Assembly (NCBI GenBank): GCA_964543385.1
Contig: CAZIYE010000001.1
Span: forward strand, 420,001-452,000
DNA: 32,000 nucleotides
Direction of reading: 5' to 3'
DNA from: an uncultured Candidatus Saccharibacteria bacterium
Lineage (GTDB): Bacteria > Patescibacteriota > UBA1384 > XYA2-FULL-43-10 > 1-14-0-10-43-13
The notes below the pieces were generated by a model. The model did not search any database and was not told the origin of the DNA. It was given only the letters and a program-made list of their open reading frames with translations. The stretch's first letter is position 1; each line of letters opens with the position of its first letter. Positions 16,967-24,686 of the stretch are shown here, piece by piece. Position numbers and translations under genes: made by a program.

Positions 16967-16987
16967 GGCCGCCTTAATAAGGCGGCC
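16967..16987 (-). terminator. GC-rich hairpin downstream of the 57-aa ORF
   Basis: GGCCGCCTTAATAAGGCGGCC near-perfect palindrome; T-rich flank (AATATTGTTT) on the minus strand. Confidence 0.6.
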
Positions 16988-17003
16988 ACACAGGATTACC
17001 TGG

Positions 17004-17177
17004 TCAATAATTATAATCGTTTGCCCTTCTTACTGTTTCAGGGTCATAGGAGAATAAATCATCCAGGCATTTTGGTGTACTGCAAAGCAAACACCATAGT
17101 TTTTCCAACGCCATGAAAGTGATAGCCAATGACATGATGGCGTGAATAATGAATATGATCGAGATATTACCCCTCAT
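17004..17177 (-). CDS. Small predicted membrane protein, 57 aa
   Basis: MRGNISIIFIIHAIMSLAITFMALEKLWCLLCSTPKCLDDLFSYDPETVRRANDYNY; strong SD GAGGAGGGG just upstream of the internal ATG. The ORF track starts at 17246. Confidence 0.55.
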   Translation of the reverse strand: MRGNISIIFIIHAIMSLAITFMALEKLWCLLCSTPKCLDDLFSYDPETVRRANDYNY

Positions 17178-17329
17178 AATCCCCTCCTCAGAAGCAGTCA
17201 TTCTACATCTGATAATATTTTTAACACGAAATTTAAAGAAGCACAATAAAATACACGCTTTTTAATAAATTAATCAACTATAAAATAGATAATCTGCAAA
17301 TGAGCAAGTATTTTAAAATAAGATTCCTG

Positions 17330-17516
17330 CAATAAATGTCTTACTTAAAATAAGTATTACAGCTCTGTGACAAGACGCTATCTCAAACCGCTCATGATTC
17401 CAGGCTTAATCAGAAATCTTTGGCGAGTTGCGATCACCTGCCAGTAGCAGAAAACCCCTAGTAATAGAAACTATAAATCCCCTCCGATCCCCGTAATCAC
17501 TCAGGGTATCGAGGCA
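17330..17516 (-). ncRNA. Candidate structured RNA or long leader; ends approximate, family unknown
   Basis: Starts just after a near-consensus promoter. The first predicted element is hairpin CCTC-GAT-a-CCC...GGGG-ATC-g-GAGG (17481-17514). No ORF of 60 aa or more is listed here, and the segment is GC-richer than its AT-rich flanks. Confidence 0.45.
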
Positions 17517-17521
17517 TATTT

Positions 17522-17550
17522 ATTATCTGTCTAATAAATATTTTTGTCAA
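17522..17550 (-). promoter_or_regulatory. Near-consensus sigma70 promoter
   Basis: Minus strand TTGACA-17 nt-GATAAT (-35 at 17545-17550, -10 at 17522-17527). Confidence 0.75.
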
Positions 17551-17581
17551 TTAGTTGATAGGTCCGCATATATAATGTCAA

Positions 17582-17609
17582 GGTCCCGGCAGATAAATCT
17601 ACCGGGACC
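17582..17609 (-). terminator. Terminator-like hairpin of the 329-aa ORF cassette
   Basis: GGTCCCGG-c-AGAT-aa-ATCT-a-CCGGGACC. Confidence 0.6.
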
Positions 17610-17649
17610 GTGATCTCCCACTCCTTCCTAAACTGTAGTTTGCACTCTC

Positions 17650-18600
17650 CTATCTGGAGAGCTCATGATCGATTTCCGATAACCGTGCTTTCATATCAGT
17701 TTCGTCCTGATCGACAAAGGCAACCTTCTGTTTTGCCGCTTCCCACTCAACTTTCTTGCGATCAGTCTCTGCTTGAGCAGTACTTCGACGCTTCGGCACT
17801 TCGCCCAACCGACGATTGAGATCTTCCCGCTCCTTTTTGAGACGGACAAGCATGTCAGCAGCGGCAAGTTCCCAGAAATGCAACGATGGCATAAAGCCGT
17901 CTTCGTTCTCGGGGTACAAGACTCCGTTGCGAATGAGAATATGCAGGAGATACTTGAAGTCGGGAACCGTCAATTCCTGATGAAGCGCCGACTTAAGCGC
18001 AGCCTTGATCGACTCCAACCGGTATGGACCCTCTCCGCTATCCGATAGGTAACTGCACACTTGGCTCATCACGGCGAATTTGGTGATTTGCTCCCCGAGA
18101 CGCTCCCTAACAAGCTGACGCTGTTCGAACCGTTGAACATCGCGGTGCTTACGCTTCCTACTGAGTGCAGCGATTTCTTCCTCGAGCTGACGATCAGACT
18201 CTTTTACATACCTCTCACAAGTTGCCACATAGTTTGGCTTCACGATCGCCAGGAATCCACACGCTCCGGCATAAGAATCAAAGACCATGCAGACTGACCA
18301 TTGCTGGTCAGACCCTTGTGGACGAACCCGCAGCTCGACGTAATCACTTCCATCGAACTTGAACCCGAAGAGCGCACTCACACCATGCATTTCGCCTATT
18401 GTCCTGATGGGCTTTACGTAGAGGATCGCCTTTTTACAAGCAATCTCGTTGTAACCCAGGACATCAGCGAGCCAACGATCGATCTCATCAACTAGACCTT
18501 GGATGTCGATCTGATGGTCCCACTTGTCGTCGAGGATCAATTCGATCTGTCGTGACCGATTCTCTTGCTGTGATAACCCCAGCCATTTTGCAATGTTCAT
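17650..18600 (-). CDS. Hypothetical protein with charged C-terminal coiled-coil-like region
   Basis: Preferred start MNIAKWLGLSQQ at 18600 behind SD AAGGGGAAG; the ORF track starts at 18639. C-terminus MLVRLKKEREDLNRRLGEVPKRRSTAQAETDRKKVEWEAAKQKV... is heptad-like. No family recognised. Confidence 0.65.
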   Translation of the reverse strand: MNIAKWLGLSQQENRSRQIELILDDKWDHQIDIQGLVDEIDRWLADVLGYNEIACKKAILYVKPIRTIGEMHGVSALFGFKFDGSDYVELRVRPQGSDQQWSVCMVFDSYAGACGFLAIVKPNYVATCERYVKESDRQLEEEIAALSRKRKHRDVQRFEQRQLVRERLGEQITKFAVMSQVCSYLSDSGEGPYRLESIKAALKSALHQELTVPDFKYLLHILIRNGVLYPENEDGFMPSLHFWELAAADMLVRLKKEREDLNRRLGEVPKRRSTAQAETDRKKVEWEAAKQKVAFVDQDETDMKARLSEIDHELSR

Positions 18601-18661
18601 TGCTACTTCCCCTTGTGTAACAAAAATCACTGCTTGCACTATTGCAAAGCAGTTGCATAAT

Positions 18662-18690
18662 ACTATACTATTTTTAGATCAATTTGTAAA
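18662..18690 (-). promoter_or_regulatory. Sigma70-type promoter for the ORF at 17650-18600
   Basis: Minus strand TTTACA-17 nt-TATAGT; predicted 5' end followed by hairpin CTGCTTtGCA...TGCAAGCAG (18630-18652). Confidence 0.65.
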
Positions 18691-18694
18691 TGAC

Positions 18695-20656
18695 TTAGAT
18701 GATGTCCAACAGACACTCCGGTATGTTTTCAATAAATCGTGATTTTGGATTACACTGAAACCGACCGTAGATATTTCTCTCTGTCGCATAAATCATATAT
18801 AAACGCTCTTTTGCCCTAGTAATACCGACATAACAAAGTCTTCGCTCTTCTTCCATCTCAGAGACGTCCATTAAAGCTCGTGAGTGAGGAAATATTCCTT
18901 CCTCAACACCGACAATAAATACGGTCTGAAATTCCAAGCCTTTGGCCGAATGCATGGTCATCAATGTAACGACACCGTCCTCATGATTTATCTGATCAGT
19001 ATCAGAAACCAAAGCTACCTGCTCGAGAAATATATCCAAAACTGTCCTATCTTCTAGATCATCACTTGGAGCTGCTTCATAGTTTGCCTGTATCTGCTCT
19101 GCCACAGTAATTAGCTCAAGGACATTCTCCCACCTTCCTTCCCCTTCAGGTGTGCCGTCAAGAAGAGATTCTTTAAAACCAGTTTTTACCGCTATTTTTG
19201 AGATTAATTGATCTAAGGAAGTAACAAGTGACAGATTATAAAGCTCAGAAATAATTTTGAAGAACTCAACAATCTTAGCAGGAAATTCTTTAGACATTTT
19301 ATCCATTATTTTGTTATCTAAGGGACTTGTATCCTCAGTGTTTTGAGAAAAAAATTCCCTTATCTTTTCGACTGTTTTGTCTCCAATACCGCGCGATGGA
19401 GCAGCAACCAATCTGGCAAAAGCCTCCATGTCCTTCGGATTGGCTAGAAAACGTAGATAAGCGATCATATCCTTGATCTCTTTGCGCTCATAGAAACGGA
19501 CGCCGCCGACAACCTTATATGGGATCTTAAATCTTAGGAATGCTTCTTCTATAGCTCGAGATTGCGCGTTCGTCCTATACAAAACAGCGAAACTATTATA
19601 ATCAGCGCCTCTATTATGCAGCGACCTTACCTCCATAGCCACAAATTCGGCCTCATCTTTTTCATTTAAGGCCTCATAAATTGTAATCGGCGTCCCTTCG
19701 GAGTTTTCTGTCCAAAGCTTTTTATCTGTTTTATTTTCGTTAAACTTAATAACATCATTTGCAGCAGCAAGAATTGTTTTTGTTGACCGATAATTTTGTT
19801 CAAGCTTTATTACTTTTGAGTCTTTATAATCCTTCTCGAAATTTAAGATGTTACGAAAATTTGCACCTCTCCACGAGTAAATTGATTGATAATCATCGCC
19901 GACCACCATAATGTTTCGATGCTTTGAAGCCAGCAATTTAGTCCAGAGATACTGAGCTTGATTTGTATCCTGATACTCATCAATTAAAATGTATTTAAAT
20001 AAATTCTGATATTTCTCTAAAACTGATGGATTGTTTTGGAATAAAAATACACACTGCATTATCAAATCATCAAAGTCCATTGCATTAGCCTCTTTGAGAT
20101 ACCGCTCATACCGCTCAAAAACTTGTGAGGTCACTTTTTCGAAAGGAGAATTTATATATTTCTTATATCCTGTGGCATCAATCAACTCATTCTTCGCCCC
20201 CGAAATAAAATAAGAGATCGATTTTGGATTGAAATTCTTTGGATCAATATTTAGTTCTTTCATTATCCTTTTAATAATAGAAAGCTGATCGTTGTCATCA
20301 TAAATAGTAAAGCTCTTTGAATAACCCACATAGTCGGCCTCACGACGCAAAATCCTGACACAAATTGAATGAAATGTCCCAAGCCAAGGCAAGCGATAAT
20401 TTAGTTCATCCCCGGCCCTCTCACCGACAATAAGCTTAGCGACTCTCTTCTCCATTTCTTTGGCAGCCTTGTTCGTAAAAGTCACTGCCAAAATATGATA
20501 AGGCGAAACCTTTTTTTCTTTAATAAGATAGGCAATCCTATGAGTCAAAGCCTTTGTCTTGCCGCTACCAGCTCCGGCCAAAACAAGCAGGGGGCCCTCA
20601 GTCGTCATTACAGCATCAAGCTGTGGCTCATTTAGATTTTGTAATAATTCATTCAC
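18695..20656 (-). CDS. pcrA: ATP-dependent DNA helicase, UvrD/PcrA family
   Basis: LNEPQLDAVMTTEGPLLVLAGAGSGKTKALTHRIAYLI...ILIDEYQDTNQAQY...VVGDDYQSIYSWRGA...VTLMTMHSAKGLEFQTVFIVGVEEGIFPH...EEERRLCYVGITRAKERL. Confidence 0.96.
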   Translation of the reverse strand: MNELLQNLNEPQLDAVMTTEGPLLVLAGAGSGKTKALTHRIAYLIKEKKVSPYHILAVTFTNKAAKEMEKRVAKLIVGERAGDELNYRLPWLGTFHSICVRILRREADYVGYSKSFTIYDDNDQLSIIKRIMKELNIDPKNFNPKSISYFISGAKNELIDATGYKKYINSPFEKVTSQVFERYERYLKEANAMDFDDLIMQCVFLFQNNPSVLEKYQNLFKYILIDEYQDTNQAQYLWTKLLASKHRNIMVVGDDYQSIYSWRGANFRNILNFEKDYKDSKVIKLEQNYRSTKTILAAANDVIKFNENKTDKKLWTENSEGTPITIYEALNEKDEAEFVAMEVRSLHNRGADYNSFAVLYRTNAQSRAIEEAFLRFKIPYKVVGGVRFYERKEIKDMIAYLRFLANPKDMEAFARLVAAPSRGIGDKTVEKIREFFSQNTEDTSPLDNKIMDKMSKEFPAKIVEFFKIISELYNLSLVTSLDQLISKIAVKTGFKESLLDGTPEGEGRWENVLELITVAEQIQANYEAAPSDDLEDRTVLDIFLEQVALVSDTDQINHEDGVVTLMTMHSAKGLEFQTVFIVGVEEGIFPHSRALMDVSEMEEERRLCYVGITRAKERLYMIYATERNIYGRFQCNPKSRFIENIPECLLDII

Positions 20657-20776
20657 CTGCTTAACCCTTACTGCTTAATTCTTAATTCTGTTCGATTATA
20701 TCGAATATACGAACAAATTCCAAACAAAACATTGTTTCATATTCAACTAAATTATTATTTGCGTTATATTAATTTA

Positions 20777-21475
20777 ATGAGCAAAGTTTTAGTCAGTGTT
20801 ACAACTTTAGAAAATCCCAAATGGGCAAAACAAGTAGAGGATCTGGCAAGATTCAATATAGATGAATTTGCAATTTTTATTTCTTGTTTAAATCCAACCG
20901 AACGTCAAGACCTTTATACTAAGCTTGAGAAGCTTAAATCCATCAAAGTTCCTTTCGCACATATTAGAACAGACGTAAATGATTCAGAACTGGAATATCT
21001 GGTTAAACGATTTGGCCTAGAACTTTGTAATATACATCCGAGTTCGGAGTTTGCCCTGCAATATGAGTGGAAAAAATATCGGAAAATTATACTGATAGAA
21101 AATGTTATACATTCAATAATTGATGAAGAAGAATTAAAAACCTTCGGTGGAATATGCTTGGATACTGCTCATTTAGAAAACCATCGATTATCAGATATGC
21201 CCAAGTACGAATATACTGTAAAACTAATTCAAAAATATTCAGTCAAGGCTAACCATATTAGTGGAATTTTGCATATTCCGGCTCACATAGACACCGGACA
21301 TCCCGAAAGACTTTGTTATGACAATCACGATGTACACTCAATTACTGAATTTAACTATCTAAAAAATTTTCCGAAAGATTACTTTGGCAAATATTTATCA
21401 ATTGAAGTTGGAAATGATATTGAGGCTCAATTAAAGATAAAAGAATATATCAAGAAAGTTCTAAATATTAAGTAA
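20777..21475 (+). CDS. Putative TIM-barrel (AP endonuclease/xylose isomerase-like) protein
   Basis: MSKVLVSVTTLENPKWAKQVEDLARFNIDEFAIFI...ELCNIHPSSEFAL...GGICLDTAHLENH...HISGILHIPAHIDTGHPE: repeating beta/alpha pattern with conserved D/H residues. The longer track start at 20732 is less likely. Confidence 0.45.
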   Translation: MSKVLVSVTTLENPKWAKQVEDLARFNIDEFAIFISCLNPTERQDLYTKLEKLKSIKVPFAHIRTDVNDSELEYLVKRFGLELCNIHPSSEFALQYEWKKYRKIILIENVIHSIIDEEELKTFGGICLDTAHLENHRLSDMPKYEYTVKLIQKYSVKANHISGILHIPAHIDTGHPERLCYDNHDVHSITEFNYLKNFPKDYFGKYLSIEVGNDIEAQLKIKEYIKKVLNIK

Positions 21476-21496
21476 AAGATCCAGTAAAAACAAAAA

Positions 21497-21509
21497 GAGC
21501 AAACCGCTC
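21497..21509 (-). terminator. Intrinsic terminator downstream of the PurC-like gene
   Basis: Minus strand GAGC-GGTTT-GCTC followed by TTTTTGTTTTT. Confidence 0.55.
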
Positions 21510-21560
21510 AAGCATCACCTCCTTACAGAGGTTCACTCTCTTCGCGATCCGCTCTCGGAT

Positions 21561-22817
21561 CTATTTTGTCATTGGCTGCTGCATAATGCTGGCATAGGGC
21601 AGGAAATCACCAACCCACCGCTCAATCGGTGTCGCGTCGAAGATGGTCCTCCCGAGAAGGGCGTTGCCAACGCTGGCAATCGCTTCCTCCATCATCCGAA
21701 TGGAATGAACAGCGGCTTCGCCGATCTGTTTTTTGGTGCGGTAATGCGGAACGAGGTGTGCCTGCCAGGCATCATCATGATCGGCTTTTGCCTGCTCGAT
21801 TGCATCGTAGATACCATAAACACGGAAGATCGCACGTTGGATCTCCTTGTTTGCCGGAATCATGTATACACGCCCATCGGGAGCTGTGTAGGCGAGCATG
21901 ATCCTATTCTCATCGGGATTACAGGCGAAGTCGGTGAAGATCGGGAAACCGTTAACGACCATACCCTCAGTTTTCCCGTCGATGCTCATGAGGCCCAGCG
22001 CCTTGCAGTAATCGCGCTGGTGACGAGCATTCTCTGCCACCGTTTTCCGCCAAGCCATAAAAGCCAGCGGATCAAGGTGCATCATCAGCCGCGCCTCATC
22101 TTCTGTCATAGTAGCATCACCTGCCGGCCGAAACTTCGTGTCGAAATTGATAGCCGGTTCGGCAATCATGTGGCCCGGATTGGGGATACAATCAAGACCG
22201 GCCGCCGCGAGTACCCGCACCATCGCCGGATCTTGCATGATCCCGGGGATAGCCCGAATCTCATCAAGCCCGACAATCGTATCGGCATAAGTAGCGATCT
22301 TCTCATACCGTTCTACCATGTTGGCCGCGCCAAAGATCTTCTTGAAGGTTGAGCTCCCGAGCGGGAACCCCCAACGATGAATACATTCTGCGTCAGCGAC
22401 GAACACGTTGATATCGCCCGAGTTGATCAGTCGGTGATAAATCGCTCGCGTTTCGTCCGTTATCTTATCGCCGAAGACATGGGGGGTTACCCCCAGCTTC
22501 ATAACAATGATATCGGAGAGTTCTCCGCGGTCCATCAACGTCTCCACATCCGTGATCTTACCATCCTTGTCGAGCATACCGGCATAGGTATGTTGGAAAC
22601 CGGCTGCAGAGGCCTGCTCCCAATACCGTGCCGACGTCATCGCCAAAATATAGTTCTTGTCACGGATCTCGATTGGGGGTATTAGCTCCTTGAGATCGCC
22701 GACCGAAAAGCGGCCGGATACCTGCCAGGCGCCAAGCCCCAACGAATTGAACCCCGGCTTTCGAAATAACCGGCCTCCAGGGCTGTCACCCTGAATTTGA
22801 TCTTTCACTGAACCCAT
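21561..22817 (-). CDS. PurC-like (SAICAR synthetase-related) protein, divergent
   Basis: Start MGSVKD behind SD GAGGAAGTG. N-terminal MGSVKD...VSGRFSVGDLKELIPPIEIRDKNYILAMTSARYWEQASAAGFQHTYAGMLDKDGK and later VAENARHQRDYCKALGLMSIDGKTEG...DENRIML resemble, from memory, archaeal/CPR proteins annotated as SAICAR synthetase. No search was run. Confidence 0.4.
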   Translation of the reverse strand: MGSVKDQIQGDSPGGRLFRKPGFNSLGLGAWQVSGRFSVGDLKELIPPIEIRDKNYILAMTSARYWEQASAAGFQHTYAGMLDKDGKITDVETLMDRGELSDIIVMKLGVTPHVFGDKITDETRAIYHRLINSGDINVFVADAECIHRWGFPLGSSTFKKIFGAANMVERYEKIATYADTIVGLDEIRAIPGIMQDPAMVRVLAAAGLDCIPNPGHMIAEPAINFDTKFRPAGDATMTEDEARLMMHLDPLAFMAWRKTVAENARHQRDYCKALGLMSIDGKTEGMVVNGFPIFTDFACNPDENRIMLAYTAPDGRVYMIPANKEIQRAIFRVYGIYDAIEQAKADHDDAWQAHLVPHYRTKKQIGEAAVHSIRMMEEAIASVGNALLGRTIFDATPIERWVGDFLPYASIMQQPMTK

Positions 22818-22972
22818 AATCACTTCCTCTCTCTTTTTCAAGAGATAGTCCATGCATCCATGCAAAAATATCTGACAGAGATCCTACTCGGCCACCAGTT
22901 GGAAAAGTACCTCCTCTAGATTGTATTAGATAACCAAACAAGGCACACACTATGTGCCCTGTTTCCAACTAA

Positions 22973-23001
22973 TGTATACCAAATCAGACAATAAATTTCA
23001 A
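22973..23001 (-). promoter_or_regulatory. Sigma70-type promoter for the PurC-like gene
   Basis: Minus strand TTGAAA-17 nt-TATACA; then a ~150-nt leader starting with hairpin AAACAgGGCACA-tagtg-TGTGCCtTGTTT. Confidence 0.6.
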
Positions 23002-23008
23002 TTTTGAC

Positions 23009-23052
23009 AACTAAAAAATCCCATCTGATTTCTCATTTGGGATTTTTTAGTT
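23009..23052. terminator. Bidirectional intrinsic terminator
   Basis: AACTAAAAAATCCCA-(14 nt)-TGGGATTTTTTAGTT, 15-bp perfect inverted repeat with T-runs on both strands. Confidence 0.85.
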
Positions 23053-23568
23053 CGGGCAGAAGTGATTTACGGACTAATTGGAAATTAGTTTTTTAATAAT
23101 ATTCCAGCCGCGTCAACTTATGCCCTCCATAAGAGGCTTTGATATTGTGTCTCCGCCAAAAGATTTGTGATCCCTTGATAGAAACTATCTTGTCCTCTTA
23201 AATTTCTTGTTTGTGTCATGAACTTGGCGGGTCAAATTTCAATTCAAACCCGGTCAGACACTTTTTTATTTTCGAGTAATCCCTTTGAAGGATATATATC
23301 TTCCAAAAGAATATTACTTCATCTTGCTAATTTCTTAGCAAGAATGAGCTGGGGAGGAGTTCTTTCACCGATTCACTTTTGAAGTGACTTTGTAAAAGAT
23401 TCGATAACCATTAATTTTCTAGATTATTTCCTCCTCTCAAGAGTAAGGTAGGGGTGGACCTTTCTCTTGTCCCATCTCATTCTAGCTAAAGAAAAAGACA
23501 TTCCGGAAGGAATGCCAATTTTGCGATTCCCTCCAAGCACTTATTTGATTGTTAATGTACTACTAAAT
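23053..23568 (-). ncRNA. Candidate large structured non-coding RNA, ~0.5 kb, family unknown
   Basis: Near-consensus promoter upstream, strong terminator downstream, no ORF of 60 aa or more. Nested pairings 23476-23483/23341-23348, 23464-23469/23438-23443 and 23429-23434/23353-23358, plus GNRA-capped hairpin CTTGCTAA-GAAA-TTAGCAAG (23323-23342). Confidence 0.55.
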
Positions 23569-23574
23569 TAAACC

Positions 23575-23603
23575 ATTGTATCAATTAGAACACATCTTGT
23601 CAA
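23575..23603 (-). promoter_or_regulatory. Near-consensus sigma70 promoter for the candidate ncRNA
   Basis: Minus strand TTGACA-17 nt-TACAAT (-35 at 23598-23603, -10 at 23575-23580). Confidence 0.75.
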
Positions 23604-23670
23604 TAGTATGCTTGCAAATTTACACACCTATAAATAAATATTTAATATAGGACTTAGTAATTTTTAAAAA

Positions 23671-24075
23671 TTATTCCCCTGCCCCTGGAGAATATTGGCC
23701 AAAACCATTTCTGTTTTCAAAGTTTGATTTTTTTGGCAGCAGCTTTGCGCTGACAACAAATTTCCTATTAGCAATTTCGTCAGTCTGGCTCTCCTGATAA
23801 AACTGCATTAGCTCTGCTGATAAAATTTCTTTCAGCGTCGACATTTCTTCCATATTATTCTTTATATTAGCTAGTACTTCTTGATTTGGACCCTTGCCCA
23901 AAATCTCATCCTTAATCTGCTTCTTTTTCTGGCCTGCAGCTTTAGTTTCCTCGGCAGCTTCTAAATATGCCAAATCATTCTCCAATTCACCCTTCAGCAT
24001 TTCCTTTGAGATTTTCACCTCTTCCTGTAATTTTTCTAGTTGATCGATCCTTTTTTGAATAGTCGTCAAATCCAT
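23671..24075 (-). CDS. Hypothetical coiled-coil-like protein, 134 aa
   Basis: MDLTTIQKRIDQLEKLQEEVKISKEMLKGELENDLAYLEAAEE...; Lys/Glu-rich; downstream of rlmN and the 169-aa ORF on the same strand. Confidence 0.6.
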   Translation of the reverse strand: MDLTTIQKRIDQLEKLQEEVKISKEMLKGELENDLAYLEAAEETKAAGQKKKQIKDEILGKGPNQEVLANIKNNMEEMSTLKEILSAELMQFYQESQTDEIANRKFVVSAKLLPKKSNFENRNGFGQYSPGAGE

Positions 24076-24119
24076 GACAAAAATCTCCGATTAAATATTA
24101 TCGCTCCTGCATTACATAA

Positions 24120-24629
24120 TTATTCTTTATTATGTAAAAAAAGAGTATTTTTTAAAACTTCTACAATTTCTTTCTCAACAAATTCTTGGGTAATCTGGTC
24201 TGGAGTATATTCGCCATGCGACCCGACTACGCCTCCCTCAGACGGCATCATTGTTGATACCATAATGCCAATCTTTTTAGCATAACGATTTGCTATAAAA
24301 GAAATATAGGGCGTACACTCCGGCTTATATAGGGATTTATCAAGAGAAGCAGGATAAATATTCAGAGTAATACTGGCGGGCAGGAAATTAGCAGTGGCGT
24401 CAACATATTCTTCCTCTTCAGAAACATGAAAATCATGCTTATACTGATTCATTTGGTTGCCAACATCGACGATAACTGGCCATATAACTTCTTGTTTTAA
24501 GCGCTCAAATTCTGTCATAAATTTGTCTTGCTCAGCCTTCTCTTGAGCCTTCTCTGCTTGCAAACCATCAATGTCGTTATCAAAACGACTCATTATATTG
24601 TCAAGCTCCTTCTTGTTTTCAAAAAGCAT
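24120..24629 (-). CDS. Hypothetical protein, 169 aa
   Basis: Intact ORF MLFENKKELDNIMSRFDNDIDGLQAEKAQEKAEQDKFM... with small gaps to both neighbours (operon-like). Confidence 0.65.
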   Translation of the reverse strand: MLFENKKELDNIMSRFDNDIDGLQAEKAQEKAEQDKFMTEFERLKQEVIWPVIVDVGNQMNQYKHDFHVSEEEEYVDATANFLPASITLNIYPASLDKSLYKPECTPYISFIANRYAKKIGIMVSTMMPSEGGVVGSHGEYTPDQITQEFVEKEIVEVLKNTLFLHNKE

Positions 24630-24686
24630 AGCGCTCCCTTATTATTTTGTTGACTTCATTATAACAACATCAATAGTTTTGGCAAA

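Noticed and set aside
17580-17650. Shared 3' motif between the 596 and 17650 genes (AGGAAG(GA)GTGGGAGAT)
   Set aside because: In the amidase gene the motif is the coding end including the stop codon, while in the other it is 3' UTR. It is short enough to be coincidence without more examples.
21509-21530. Plus-strand GCATCACCTCCTTA resembling the 16S rRNA 3' end
   Set aside because: Only the anti-SD hexamer region matches and there is no upstream rRNA sequence. It is simply the complement of an SD-like AAGGAGGTG.
22786-22968. 60-aa minus ORF METGHIVCALFGYLIQ...
   Set aside because: It needs a TTG start right at the predicted transcription start, overlaps the PurC-like start codon out of frame and runs through leader hairpins; judged spurious.
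23221-23260. Possible tRNA T-arm (GGGTTTGAATTGAAATTTGACCC on the minus strand)
   Set aside because: It does not follow the GGTTCRANYCC pattern, and no acceptor/anticodon arms can be built around it.
23053-23568. Possibility that the structured region is tmRNA, RNase P RNA, SRP RNA, a T-box or a group I/II intron
   Set aside because: No tRNA-like GGTTCGA T-arm or ALAA-type tag, no GAGGAAAGTCC-type RNase P core, no GGAAGG-AGCAGCC SRP motif. A plus-strand GGGGTGGACC is only superficially T-box-like and has no plus-strand gene downstream. Rfam would still be needed to exclude these formally.
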